Part shown: piece by piece, positions 20,319 to 28,526 of the stretch
Layout: each line of letters opens with the position of its first letter
Numbering within the stretch: the first letter of the stretch is position 1
Origin: Patescibacteria group bacterium
GTDB taxonomy: Bacteria > Patescibacteriota > Patescibacteriia > UBA9934 > GWF2-40-263
DNA: 64,000 bases
Direction: 5' to 3'
Assembly: GCA_038065075.1 (NCBI GenBank)
Contig: JBBTRQ010000001.1
Span: 2,823-66,822 of the forward strand
Position numbers and translations under genes: made by a program
The notes under the pieces: model-generated
Database searches by the model: none
The model's input: the letters and a program-made list of their open reading frames with translations, nothing else
What the model was told of the DNA's origin: nothing

Positions 20319-20395
20319 TGGTGGGCGTGAGAGGGCTCGAACCTCTGACCTCTGTCGTGTGAGGACAGCGCTCTAACCAACTGAGCTACACGCCC
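20319..20395 (-). tRNA. tRNA-Val (anticodon CAC), CCA encoded
   Basis: Cloverleaf folded by eye from the reverse complement GGGCGTGTAGCTCAGTTGGTTAGAGCGCTGTCCTCACACGACAGAGGTCAGAGGTTCGAGCCCTCTCACGCCCACCA. Confidence 0.85.
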
Positions 20396-20402
20396 GTGAG
20401 GT

Positions 20403-20427
20403 CGAGCGACAGAGTAACACGGTGTGC
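20403..20427 (-). promoter_or_regulatory. conserved 25-nt block 7 nt upstream of tRNA-Val, identical to the block at 24213-24237
   Basis: cgagcgacagagtaacacggtgtgc present at the same spacing upstream of both tRNA-Val genes. Confidence 0.4.
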
Positions 20428-20470
20428 GCCCCCAGTCCTTGAAGTTTCCGGATGATCTGATAAGCTCCGG

Positions 20471-21154
20471 ATGGGTACTCGAACACTGGAGGTTCTCATG
20501 ACCGACAATCGGACATCGGTGGCTCGATTGCTGGACCAGATGTCCAGGGAACGCCTGCAAGCCTTGGATGAACGCCTGGCCAAGCTCGAACGGCCATGGA
20601 TCGAGCGGACGCACGATGCGTTCAAGGCTATCCCTGGTGCGCTTCGGGAGCTTGCGTCCGCGCCGGGCCCGTGGGGAGCCATGGTACTGATAATGCTGGC
20701 TCTGGTGGTCGGCATGCCTCTCATGGATCCAAACACCCGAAGCGCCATTGCCGAAGACTGGGTCATGGTCATGCTGCAACTGGGAGAGATCTTCCTGGCA
20801 CTGATCCTTGCCCTGCTGGTCTTCATGGGTCTGGTACAAGCAATCGATCGCTGGTCTGCGCTGCGCGGCATGGTACGCCGTGGCGAGATCGATCTGGTAC
20901 GAGCGTTTCGCCGCCGACCGGAGGTCTTCCTGCGCGCGCATAATCTGACGCTGCAACGACAGGGTCTGGAGTGGGTGTTGGAGGCGCTGGAGTTCCTTCA
21001 GAGACACCCGGACGCGACCGGCTTCGACGCGGCCGACTTGGACGCGGCCAAGACGCGCACCACGCTCGCGCTCATCCAGATCATCGAACAGATCGACCAT
21101 AACGCAGCGGAGCTTGGCGATCCGCTGCAAAGACGATCTCGACGGCCAGCTTGA
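20471..21154 (+). CDS. hypothetical membrane protein (227 aa), high GC3
   Basis: ORF track; the + frame has TM segments and a coding-like composition, whereas the overlapping minus ORF 20303..21295 is Arg-rich and judged spurious. Confidence 0.4.
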   Translation: MGTRTLEVLMTDNRTSVARLLDQMSRERLQALDERLAKLERPWIERTHDAFKAIPGALRELASAPGPWGAMVLIMLALVVGMPLMDPNTRSAIAEDWVMVMLQLGEIFLALILALLVFMGLVQAIDRWSALRGMVRRGEIDLVRAFRRRPEVFLRAHNLTLQRQGLEWVLEALEFLQRHPDATGFDAADLDAAKTRTTLALIQIIEQIDHNAAELGDPLQRRSRRPA

Positions 21155-21363
21155 TCCCGCCGCTATCGACTGACGCCACGCGACGCCATACGCAAGGCGA
21201 GCTAGCCATCGCCACCTTCCCACCCGGGGAGGTTTTTTATACAAGGCATTTTCAAATTCAATATCGCTGCACGGTATCCGGACGAACAGCAACAATTCGC
21301 GAAACGATACGACAACAAAAAAACGGCTAAGGCGTATCTGGACAACACCAACTCCATACTTCT

Positions 21364-21693
21364 ATGGCTACAAAAAAAGTTCCGAAACAGATAAAAGAGC
21401 TCGTACTGGGATATACCAACCGTGTGGAAAAAGAGATGAGGCTACCTGTCGGCAGTGTCTATGTCTACGGATCCCATGCGAAAGGCACTGCGACAAAGCA
21501 CTCTGATATTGACGTATGTGTTATCTCTCCGACATTCCGTGATCCACTCAAGGCGCTCCAACAGCTACTTGGGTACCGCACCGTCGACGAGGTCATGGCG
21601 GGGATTGAGCCGGTTGGTTTTTCTGCCAAACAATTCAAGCGCGGTGGAATCCTCATTGACGAAATCAAACGGACAGGGATACAGGTTCGATAA
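21364..21693 (+). CDS. nucleotidyltransferase-domain protein (Pol-beta superfamily, MNT antitoxin-like), no adjacent HEPN partner
   Basis: GSHAKGTATKHSDIDVCV motif. Confidence 0.75.
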   Translation: MATKKVPKQIKELVLGYTNRVEKEMRLPVGSVYVYGSHAKGTATKHSDIDVCVISPTFRDPLKALQQLLGYRTVDEVMAGIEPVGFSAKQFKRGGILIDEIKRTGIQVR

Positions 21694-21737
21694 AAAACCC
21701 TCGAACGAAAAACACTCCATGCTAGGTGGAGTGTTTT

Positions 21738-21797
21738 TGGTGGGCGTGAGAGGGCTCGAACCTCTGACCTCTGTCGTGTGAGGACGGCGCTCTAACT
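21738..21797 (-). pseudogene. 3' fragment of tRNA-Val (positions about 17-76 plus CCA), 63/64 identical to the 20319-20378 part of the intact tRNA-Val
   Basis: Direct repeat tttttggtgggcgtgagagggctcgaacctctgacctctgtcgtgtgaggacGgcgctctaac; lacks the 5' acceptor/D-arm strand. Confidence 0.6.
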
Positions 21798-21823
21798 GAT
21801 AAAAAAAGACGCTCAAGTGAGCG

Positions 21824-22927
21824 TCAGCGCGTCGTCCTGGGTCTGCGCGGCGGGAGGACGTTGCCGCCAGGAGCCTGGGTCGTCGCCTCAATTTCATGGT
21901 CGGCGGCATTCGCGGCGACGTTGTGAGTCACGTCGCGCCGAAGTTCGCGTAGCTTCCTATCCAAGTCGTCGCACTGGGGAACGCTCATGAGCAGGCCCAT
22001 CGCGATGGGCTCGATGTCCTTGGGGAAGAATGCATCGAGTTCACCGGCCTGCAGCCGAGCCGTCGAAGTCTGTTCGATGAGCGCAAACGCGCGTTGGCGA
22101 TCCTCATGCGTCTGGCACTCGATGAGACGCGTGGCAAGACGATCACGCAACCCCTGTGCACGCTCCCGGAGCGTCTGCAGATGCATCTGCGCCTCGCTGG
22201 ACGCTCCGGACAGTACTGCCGCCATCTGCTCTTCATTCCTCTTCATCGACACAAGCGCCGCGTCGATGACCCTCAGAGCTTCTCCGGTTTCCCTTAGCGC
22301 CTGGGTGATACTGTCGGGCTTCTTGGGCCGCAAGTTCTCTATGCCGTCGGGGTAGTCCTCAAACAGCGCGCCCCCAAGCCAGGGCGACACGGAGCGCAGA
22401 GCGCTCTGAAGCACCGCCTGGATTTTGAGCACGGCATGCCGTTCGTGCCACAAGCGTATATGTTCTTCCGCGGATTCGATTCCCTCCTGCACCGCCGCCA
22501 GCGTCTTCTGGTGTTCGCCGAGTTGGAGCGTAGGCATCGGAGCTGTGTATCGCTGCTGCAGCTCCGTAAGGAGCGAGCGCAGATCCTTGCACTGCCGCTC
22601 CAGCCGCCGCGCGTTCTGCACTGCCTCTTCCATTGCGCCGTCCACGGGCGAACCATGTCGCCAATCACGGTATCTCTTATCACGCGCCTCTTTCCAGCTC
22701 TCGTACGCGGTGAGGATTCCGAAGAAACACATCCGCAAGACGAAAGCGATCAGGAAGGCGCCTCCAAGACACACGGCCAGCACAACCAAGATCTGAACGG
22801 CCACGATAAGGATGTGGACAAGCGCGCGAACCGCTTCGACCACGAAAATGCCCACGGCCACAACGCACAAGACGGCGAGGAGGCCAATGCACCCATAGAT
22901 GGTGTCGTCTCCCTGGTTGTTGCTCAT
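21824..22927 (-). CDS. membrane-anchored (2 TM) coiled-coil protein, 367 aa, unknown function
   Basis: ORF track; high GC3. Confidence 0.5.
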   Translation of the reverse strand: MSNNQGDDTIYGCIGLLAVLCVVAVGIFVVEAVRALVHILIVAVQILVVLAVCLGGAFLIAFVLRMCFFGILTAYESWKEARDKRYRDWRHGSPVDGAMEEAVQNARRLERQCKDLRSLLTELQQRYTAPMPTLQLGEHQKTLAAVQEGIESAEEHIRLWHERHAVLKIQAVLQSALRSVSPWLGGALFEDYPDGIENLRPKKPDSITQALRETGEALRVIDAALVSMKRNEEQMAAVLSGASSEAQMHLQTLRERAQGLRDRLATRLIECQTHEDRQRAFALIEQTSTARLQAGELDAFFPKDIEPIAMGLLMSVPQCDDLDRKLRELRRDVTHNVAANAADHEIEATTQAPGGNVLPPRRPRTTR

Positions 22928-22962
22928 GGTGAGCTCCTTACGGGAACAATTCCGTATCTTGT

Positions 22963-24003
22963 CTACCGGTTACCGCTCTCGTTGGAACCTCGACGTCGCC
23001 CTCCGATCGCATCGGCAATCGTCTTGCCTAGGAATGCAAGCGTCGGATCCACTCCGGCTCCCGAAAGCTCTTTGACGGCGCAGTGTCCTTCCGCCACGGT
23101 TGAACGGACGCTCTGCCAGGCCACGGATCGAGCAACGAACCCGATCTGCCGAATGTGCTCATTCAGGAGACCTCCGCCGTCCTGCGCCATAAGCCTGTTG
23201 AGCTCTCCAAATCGCGCCGGGGTGAGCTCCACCGACCGGGTAATGCCGGCAGCGCCCAACGCCAGCTGCGCGACGGTCTGCACCCGCCCGCGAATGGCGG
23301 CCTCGGCCTCCATGTTGAGCTCGGTGAGCACAAGCCGTGCCGTCTGCGGCGTCACGTGCCGCTGGTCATCCACCATGACTCCCGCCACCACGCGCAACTG
23401 CGCCTCCATCCTTTCCCCGCCCGGGTTGAGATGCACCGTCACATCGAACTCTTGATCCGATGTATTGATGATAGCCACAGGCTCGCCCAAGTAGGGAAAC
23501 CCTGTGCTGAATCTCCCGCGCTGGAGCGCAGAATCGTTGCTGGCCGTAATCCAGCCGCGATCGCTACCCCTGCGAGCCATGAAACGGTTTATACACACGA
23601 GCTCCTCATTGGGCTGTAGGAGCCTCACCCATGTGAAGTCCGCCGGGCGAACGAACTTGCCGGTGTGGATCTTGAATCCGTGCAGCTTTTCGAAGTCGAC
23701 TGGCTCGGATTTCGAACGGCTCTTCTCGGACAGCTTGAAAGCCGCCAAGCCCACAACGACAACCGCGATGAGCATGCCCGCCAGAATCGGAAGGATCACT
23801 TTCATGAGCATCAACGCAAGCGGGATGCCCAGAACCACCGCGAGCACCCGAACCCAGGGCTTCTTCATCGCCGCGGCCATCGGAGGTGGGAGCTTGATGC
23901 GCTTGGGCGAGTTCACCGGCGCCGCCGTCTTCACAGGAAGATCGCTCTGATCCCGAAGAACCGGGAGCGCTCCTTTGCGTCCTTCTTCATTGTTTCCAGT
24001 CAT
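22963..24003 (-). CDS. single-pass membrane protein with a C-terminal domain weakly resembling SPFH/band-7 (346 aa)
   Basis: ORF track; TM at aa 50-90. Confidence 0.45.
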   Translation of the reverse strand: MTGNNEEGRKGALPVLRDQSDLPVKTAAPVNSPKRIKLPPPMAAAMKKPWVRVLAVVLGIPLALMLMKVILPILAGMLIAVVVVGLAAFKLSEKSRSKSEPVDFEKLHGFKIHTGKFVRPADFTWVRLLQPNEELVCINRFMARRGSDRGWITASNDSALQRGRFSTGFPYLGEPVAIINTSDQEFDVTVHLNPGGERMEAQLRVVAGVMVDDQRHVTPQTARLVLTELNMEAEAAIRGRVQTVAQLALGAAGITRSVELTPARFGELNRLMAQDGGGLLNEHIRQIGFVARSVAWQSVRSTVAEGHCAVKELSGAGVDPTLAFLGKTIADAIGGRRRGSNESGNR

Positions 24004-24128
24004 GATGCACTCTCCTTATGTAAGGAACTTTCCGATCACACATTCACATAAATTCTCGCGTACGTCAATGCATCGTGCATAGCAAAAACCGAACAAGGGA
24101 TCTGTCCGGTTTTGTTGAGTCGATCAGA

Positions 24129-24205
24129 TGGTGGATGTTGGAGGACTCGAACCTCCGACCTCTGTCGTGTGAGGACAGCGCTCTAACCAGCTGAGCTAAA
24201 CATCC
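24129..24205 (-). tRNA. tRNA-Val (anticodon CAC), second copy with a different acceptor/T stem
   Basis: Reverse complement GGATGTTTAGCTCAGCTGGTTAGAGCGCTGTCCTCACACGACAGAGGTCGGAGGTTCGAGTCCTCCAACATCCACCA. Confidence 0.85.
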
Positions 24206-24283
24206 ATATATGCGAGCGACAGAGTAACACGGTGTGCACCCCTTTTCAAGAGCGGGTAGAATCGTTAGAATGAACCAGGAACT

Positions 24284-25978
24284 ATGGTCGAGAAGCCACG
24301 CGTCAATTTACTCAAACGGCATCACACCCCGCGAGCGACGAAACGATCGCCCGCGCTTTTTTTTGGTCGCCGGTTGTTTATCACGTTAGCGGTGTTAGCG
24401 GCGGTCGGCATCATCTTCTCCTCTCAAGTAAGCTCGACCTCCGAAAGCTCCGGCTCCTTCCCTGACTTTTCTCTTTTCTCAGCCATCAAGCATCTTGTAT
24501 CTTCGGGAGACCGGGACCTTGAAGGTGAGGAAGAAGACCGCGTGAATTTCCTTCTCCTGGGCATCGGAGGTGAGGGACACGACGGTCCGCAACTGACTGA
24601 CACCATTATCTTTACGAGTTTTCGTCCTTCCGACGGCGCGGTCGCGATGATGTCGCTCCCCCGCGACATGACGGTTCCCATCCCTAATTATGGGTATCGC
24701 AAAGTGAACCATGCCAATGCCTACGGCGAGATGGACAATCCGGGTTCGGGGCCTGAACTCGCCTCGCAAGTCATCGGGGACGTCTTGGACGAAGAGATCA
24801 ACTATTACCTCCGCATAGACTTTAAGGGCTTTGAAGAATTTGTGGACGCCATCGGCGGCGTGGATGTGTACATCGAAAACGGATTCACCGATTCAAACTA
24901 TCCGATTGAAGGAAAAGAATACGACGAGTGCGGTGACGAACCGTCCGAAACATCCGACCTCTTGGTCGAATCTGACCCAGAAACGACAGAGGTAGCCGCA
25001 GGCTTTAGCCTGCGCGAGTCGCAGGAAGAACCCACCGAGCTCGCGCAGATTCTCGCGATCGACGAAGAGGAAGAAATCCTCGAAGAAGCCCTCGATGAAG
25101 AAAATCTCCCCGAGGTAGTGCCGGACTATTCCTGCCGCTTTGAGTCCATCACCTTTTATGAGGGCTGGACGCACATGGATGGAAGAACCGCGCTCAAGTT
25201 CGCCCGCTCACGACATGGGAACAGCGGTGATGGCTCGGACTTTGCTCGCAGTAAGCGCCAACAAAAAATCATCCTCGCCGTAAAAGACAAAGTGCTGTCG
25301 GCCTCGACCTTTTTGAACCCCTCACGCATCTCCAAGATGATGGACACGCTGAAAGCCAACATCTCGACCAACCTGGACGTGTGGGAGATTGTTCGACTGG
25401 CGGGTGAGTTCAAAAACGTGAGCGCTTCGGAAATCACCAACCATGTCATCGACGCGTCCGACGCTTCCCCGTTGTACGCGACGGTTCTCAACGGCGCGTA
25501 TGTGCTCCTCCCCAAGAACGACGATTGGGAACCGATTCAAAACATCGCTGAACATATTTTCACGCCGGACTCAGAACTCAACACCCAGTTTGCTGATGCC
25601 CCTGAACAGAAACCGAAATTCGTGAAAGTAGAAATCCAAAACGGCACAAACATCACGGGACTGGCGTTCACCACCTCGCAACTGTTGGACGGCCAGGGAT
25701 TTGACGTGGTGAAGGTCGGCAACGCCGTGAGCCGCGACTATGCCCATACGGTCATCTACGATCTCACCAACGGCCAGCGCTCAGATGAACTCAAGGCCTT
25801 GCGTGACTACCTGCAGGCGGACGTGACCTTGTCGGCAACCGGTTGGATGCTTTCCGGCGACGTCGTGCCACAGGAAATTGCATTCTCTTCGGACGATTAC
25901 GAACGATTAGCCACCCAAGAAAACATTGACTTTTTGGTCATTCTGGGAGAGTCTGCGAGCGGCCTGGCACGATACTAA
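24284..25978 (+). CDS. LytR-CpsA-Psr (LCP) family cell-wall polymer ligase with an acidic insertion and a C-terminal LytR_C domain
   Basis: N-terminal TM; LCP motifs (DTIIFTS.., MSLPRDM, YLRIDF.GF, ..KFARSRH.., RQQ); insert aa about 205-275 is Glu/Asp-rich and contains a repeat family 2 copy. Confidence 0.85.
   Translation: MVEKPRVNLLKRHHTPRATKRSPALFFGRRLFITLAVLAAVGIIFSSQVSSTSESSGSFPDFSLFSAIKHLVSSGDRDLEGEEEDRVNFLLLGIGGEGHDGPQLTDTIIFTSFRPSDGAVAMMSLPRDMTVPIPNYGYRKVNHANAYGEMDNPGSGPELASQVIGDVLDEEINYYLRIDFKGFEEFVDAIGGVDVYIENGFTDSNYPIEGKEYDECGDEPSETSDLLVESDPETTEVAAGFSLRESQEEPTELAQILAIDEEEEILEEALDEENLPEVVPDYSCRFESITFYEGWTHMDGRTALKFARSRHGNSGDGSDFARSKRQQKIILAVKDKVLSASTFLNPSRISKMMDTLKANISTNLDVWEIVRLAGEFKNVSASEITNHVIDASDASPLYATVLNGAYVLLPKNDDWEPIQNIAEHIFTPDSELNTQFADAPEQKPKFVKVEIQNGTNITGLAFTTSQLLDGQGFDVVKVGNAVSRDYAHTVIYDLTNGQRSDELKALRDYLQADVTLSATGWMLSGDVVPQEIAFSSDDYERLATQENIDFLVILGESASGLARY
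24991..25018. repeat. palindromic repeat family 2 copy (GGTAGCC-GCAGGC-TTTA-GCCTGC-GCGAG) in-frame inside the LCP gene (encodes ..EVAAGFSLRE..)
   Basis: Sequence identity of architecture with 8967-8994 and 13467-13524. Confidence 0.6.
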
Positions 25979-25987
25979 CCTTTTTTC

Positions 25988-27352
25988 ATGAATACCCATC
26001 CTCCCGTCGTCGCGCTCGTTGGAAGAACGAACGTCGGAAAATCCACCTTGTTCAACCGACTCCTTGAAACCCAAAAGGCGCTGGTTTCGCCTGTCGCCGG
26101 CACCACCCGCGACCGCAATGAGGGCGATTGTCTCTGGCGTGGGCGTGTGATTCGGCTTGTCGACACGGGTGGAATGGACGTGAACATGGGCGACGAGATC
26201 GAAGCCAACATTTTGAAGCAGGCACAATATGCGATCGAACGCGCGGATCTCCTCTTGTTTATTGTCGATGCAAAAGTTGGCGCGATGCCCCAGGAAAAAA
26301 TGCTCGCCTCCACCCTTCGAAAATCCGGTAAACCTGTGATCGTTGTCGCCAACAAGGCCGAGAAGGTCGCGGATCGGTTGAGCGTGGAAAACGCTGAGTG
26401 GAGATTCCAGGGACTCTCTGAACCTATGGCTATTTCCGCCATCCGCGGAATGGGGATTGGGGACTTACTCGATCAGGTGTACGAAAAACTCGAAGCGATG
26501 GGAAAACCCGCCACAGATCCTCGCGAAACCGAAGGGATCAAGGTGGCCGTCATCGGCAAACCAAACGTCGGTAAGTCCACACTCCTCAATGCGATCATTG
26601 GCGAGGAACGTTTTATCACCAGCTCGGTTGCCCACACCACACGCGAACCAAACGACATGTTGCTCACGCGCGGGGACAAGCGCTACATCTTCATCGACAC
26701 CGCCGGCATGCGCAAGCAAGGTAAGGTCAACAAGTCGGGTGGACTGGAGCGTGAAGCGGTGCGTCGCAATGAGTACATCGTCAAAATTGCCGATGTGACC
26801 ATCCTCGTGGTCGACGCGAGCCAACCGCTTGGGGCGCAAGAAAAAACGCTCGCAGGGTTTTTGAAAACTTCAGGTTCAGCGGTGATCGTCGTCGTCAACA
26901 AATGGGACTTGGTGGAAGACAAAAAGACGAACACGATGAATGAGTACCGCGAGTATATCGCCGGCACCATCCCCTTCCTCGCGTGGGCACCGGTCTTATT
27001 CGTCTCCGCGCTCACCAAGCAACGCGTGCAAACGTTGTTCGACGAGATCGACCGCGTCGTCGGTAATCGCTCGATGAAGATTTCAGACCAAGACCTCGCG
27101 GGCTTTCTCAAGGAAGCGCAGACGCGACACGCGCCAATGAAAGGCGCGGGGCAAAGCGTCCCCAAACTTCTGGGATTCAAGCAGACCCGAAGCGAGCCGC
27201 CGGAGTTTGATCTCATCATGAAAGCCAAGCGCACGGACGCCTTGTCTGTGGCCTACATCCGATTTCTGGAGAACCGTCTGCGCGAGAGGTTCAACCTCGT
27301 GGGAACTCCACTACGCATCAACATCCGCATCGCGACATCGGTATCGAAGTAA
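25988..27352 (+). CDS. der: ribosome-associated GTPase Der/EngA (two GTPase domains plus KH-like)
   Basis: GRTNVGKST and GKPNVGKST P-loops, DTGG/DTAG. Confidence 0.9.
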   Translation: MNTHPPVVALVGRTNVGKSTLFNRLLETQKALVSPVAGTTRDRNEGDCLWRGRVIRLVDTGGMDVNMGDEIEANILKQAQYAIERADLLLFIVDAKVGAMPQEKMLASTLRKSGKPVIVVANKAEKVADRLSVENAEWRFQGLSEPMAISAIRGMGIGDLLDQVYEKLEAMGKPATDPRETEGIKVAVIGKPNVGKSTLLNAIIGEERFITSSVAHTTREPNDMLLTRGDKRYIFIDTAGMRKQGKVNKSGGLEREAVRRNEYIVKIADVTILVVDASQPLGAQEKTLAGFLKTSGSAVIVVVNKWDLVEDKKTNTMNEYREYIAGTIPFLAWAPVLFVSALTKQRVQTLFDEIDRVVGNRSMKISDQDLAGFLKEAQTRHAPMKGAGQSVPKLLGFKQTRSEPPEFDLIMKAKRTDALSVAYIRFLENRLRERFNLVGTPLRINIRIATSVSK

Positions 27353-27392
27353 CAAGCAAACTCAAAAGTAGCCACGCACGGCTACTTTTGAT

Positions 27393-27611
27393 TTAGGCTC
27401 GAACCGAAATAGGCAACTCGTTTCGTTTCAAGGACGCACACACAGAGGAAGTGAGACGTCGGGAGGCATCGAGAATCTCGATGCCGACCAATTTCTTTTT
27501 GCTGTTGTAATCAAAGACAATCCCCTCTTCGACCTCATCGCTTTCCTTGTAGACACTCTCGTCGAAGCGGATATAGAGAGCATCTTTCTTGTCGTCGTAG
27601 TGGAATCTCAT
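27393..27611 (-). CDS. DUF2283-family protein (putative antitoxin)
   Basis: M.F.YD...DALYIRF..., ..LVGIEILDAS. Confidence 0.6.
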   Translation of the reverse strand: MRFHYDDKKDALYIRFDESVYKESDEVEEGIVFDYNSKKKLVGIEILDASRRLTSSVCASLKRNELPISVRA

Positions 27612-27859
27612 AAGTATTTTTTTACTTTAGAAGAGACAAAGGCCGTCACAACTTCCATTCGTCTGCCCGATATGACATCATAGACGACGATCAACACGTA
27701 GCGGTTTCTCGTTTCTGGGAGATACCCGATGGCACGGAACCGATCTTTGCTCTGCCGGTGAAGAACCTCTGGCTGTCGGATGACGAGTCGTATCGACGCC
27801 TCAGATAAGCAACGCTCCTTCATCTGTTGCTTCGCATGATCGGAAAATACGATCCTCAT
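27608..27859 (-). CDS. DUF4258-family protein (putative toxin), 4-nt overlap with the downstream DUF2283 gene
   Basis: MRIVFSDHAKQQMKER.. motif. Confidence 0.6.
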   Translation of the reverse strand: MRIVFSDHAKQQMKERCLSEASIRLVIRQPEVLHRQSKDRFRAIGYLPETRNRYVLIVVYDVISGRRMEVVTAFVSSKVKKYL

Positions 27860-27983
27860 ATATGATAGTTTACCAACAAGAGGCGTTGTGTCAATCTGTA
27901 AATAAAAATAAAAGAGCCCCCGGTACGGACGTATCCGTACAAGGGTCTCTTTCGTGGTGATAGCTTAAAGATAAACGATCATA

Positions 27984-28526
27984 GTGAAAAAGTCAAACCA
28001 CTCTATGAAAGCCATCTTCGGCCTTGGCAACCCGGGAAAAGAATACGTTGGGACACGACACAACGTCGGGTTCTTGGTTGTCGATGAGTTGGCTCGCCGA
28101 TATGGTGGCGAATTTGCGAACAAGCGTTCGCTCGAGGCAGAGATCGCGGAAGTCCTGATCGACGAACAACGTGTTCTCCTCGTGAAGCCCCAAACCTTTA
28201 TGAACGTCAGCGGCCGGTCGCTGTCGGCCGTTCTCTCGAAGTATCCGGTGAAACTGGAGGAAGTGGTCGTGGTCTACGATGATGCCGACCTCCCCTTTGG
28301 CGATGTGCGCGAGAAGGCGAGCGGGAGTAGCGCCGGACATCGGGGCATGGAATCAATTCTCTCAACCCTTCCCAAAGGCTCGAGTGTTTCTCGCGTTCGT
28401 GTCGGCATTGGCCGGCCCACGCATCCAGATATCCCACTGGACGAATTCGTTCTCGCAAAATGGACCGCAGACGAACAAAAGCAGATCCCATCCGCCATCG
28501 ACTCGGCGATTGAAAAACTTGTATGA
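27984..28526 (+). CDS. pth: peptidyl-tRNA hydrolase
   Basis: FGLGNPG..Y..TRHNVGF. Confidence 0.9.
   Translation: MKKSNHSMKAIFGLGNPGKEYVGTRHNVGFLVVDELARRYGGEFANKRSLEAEIAEVLIDEQRVLLVKPQTFMNVSGRSLSAVLSKYPVKLEEVVVVYDDADLPFGDVREKASGSSAGHRGMESILSTLPKGSSVSRVRVGIGRPTHPDIPLDEFVLAKWTADEQKQIPSAIDSAIEKLV

Noticed and set aside
20303-21295. 330-aa minus-strand ORF overlapping tRNA-Val and the 227-aa + gene
   Set aside because: It overlaps a tRNA gene, its translation is Arg/Gln-rich and unprotein-like, and the opposite frame shows TM helices and better codon periodicity.
20300-24250. Classical integrase-mediated genomic island or prophage at tRNA-Val
   Set aside because: No tyrosine/serine recombinase, excisionase or phage structural genes are present, and the tRNA fragment lies on the 5' side of the intact tRNA. 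Kept only as a decayed or non-canonical island hypothesis.
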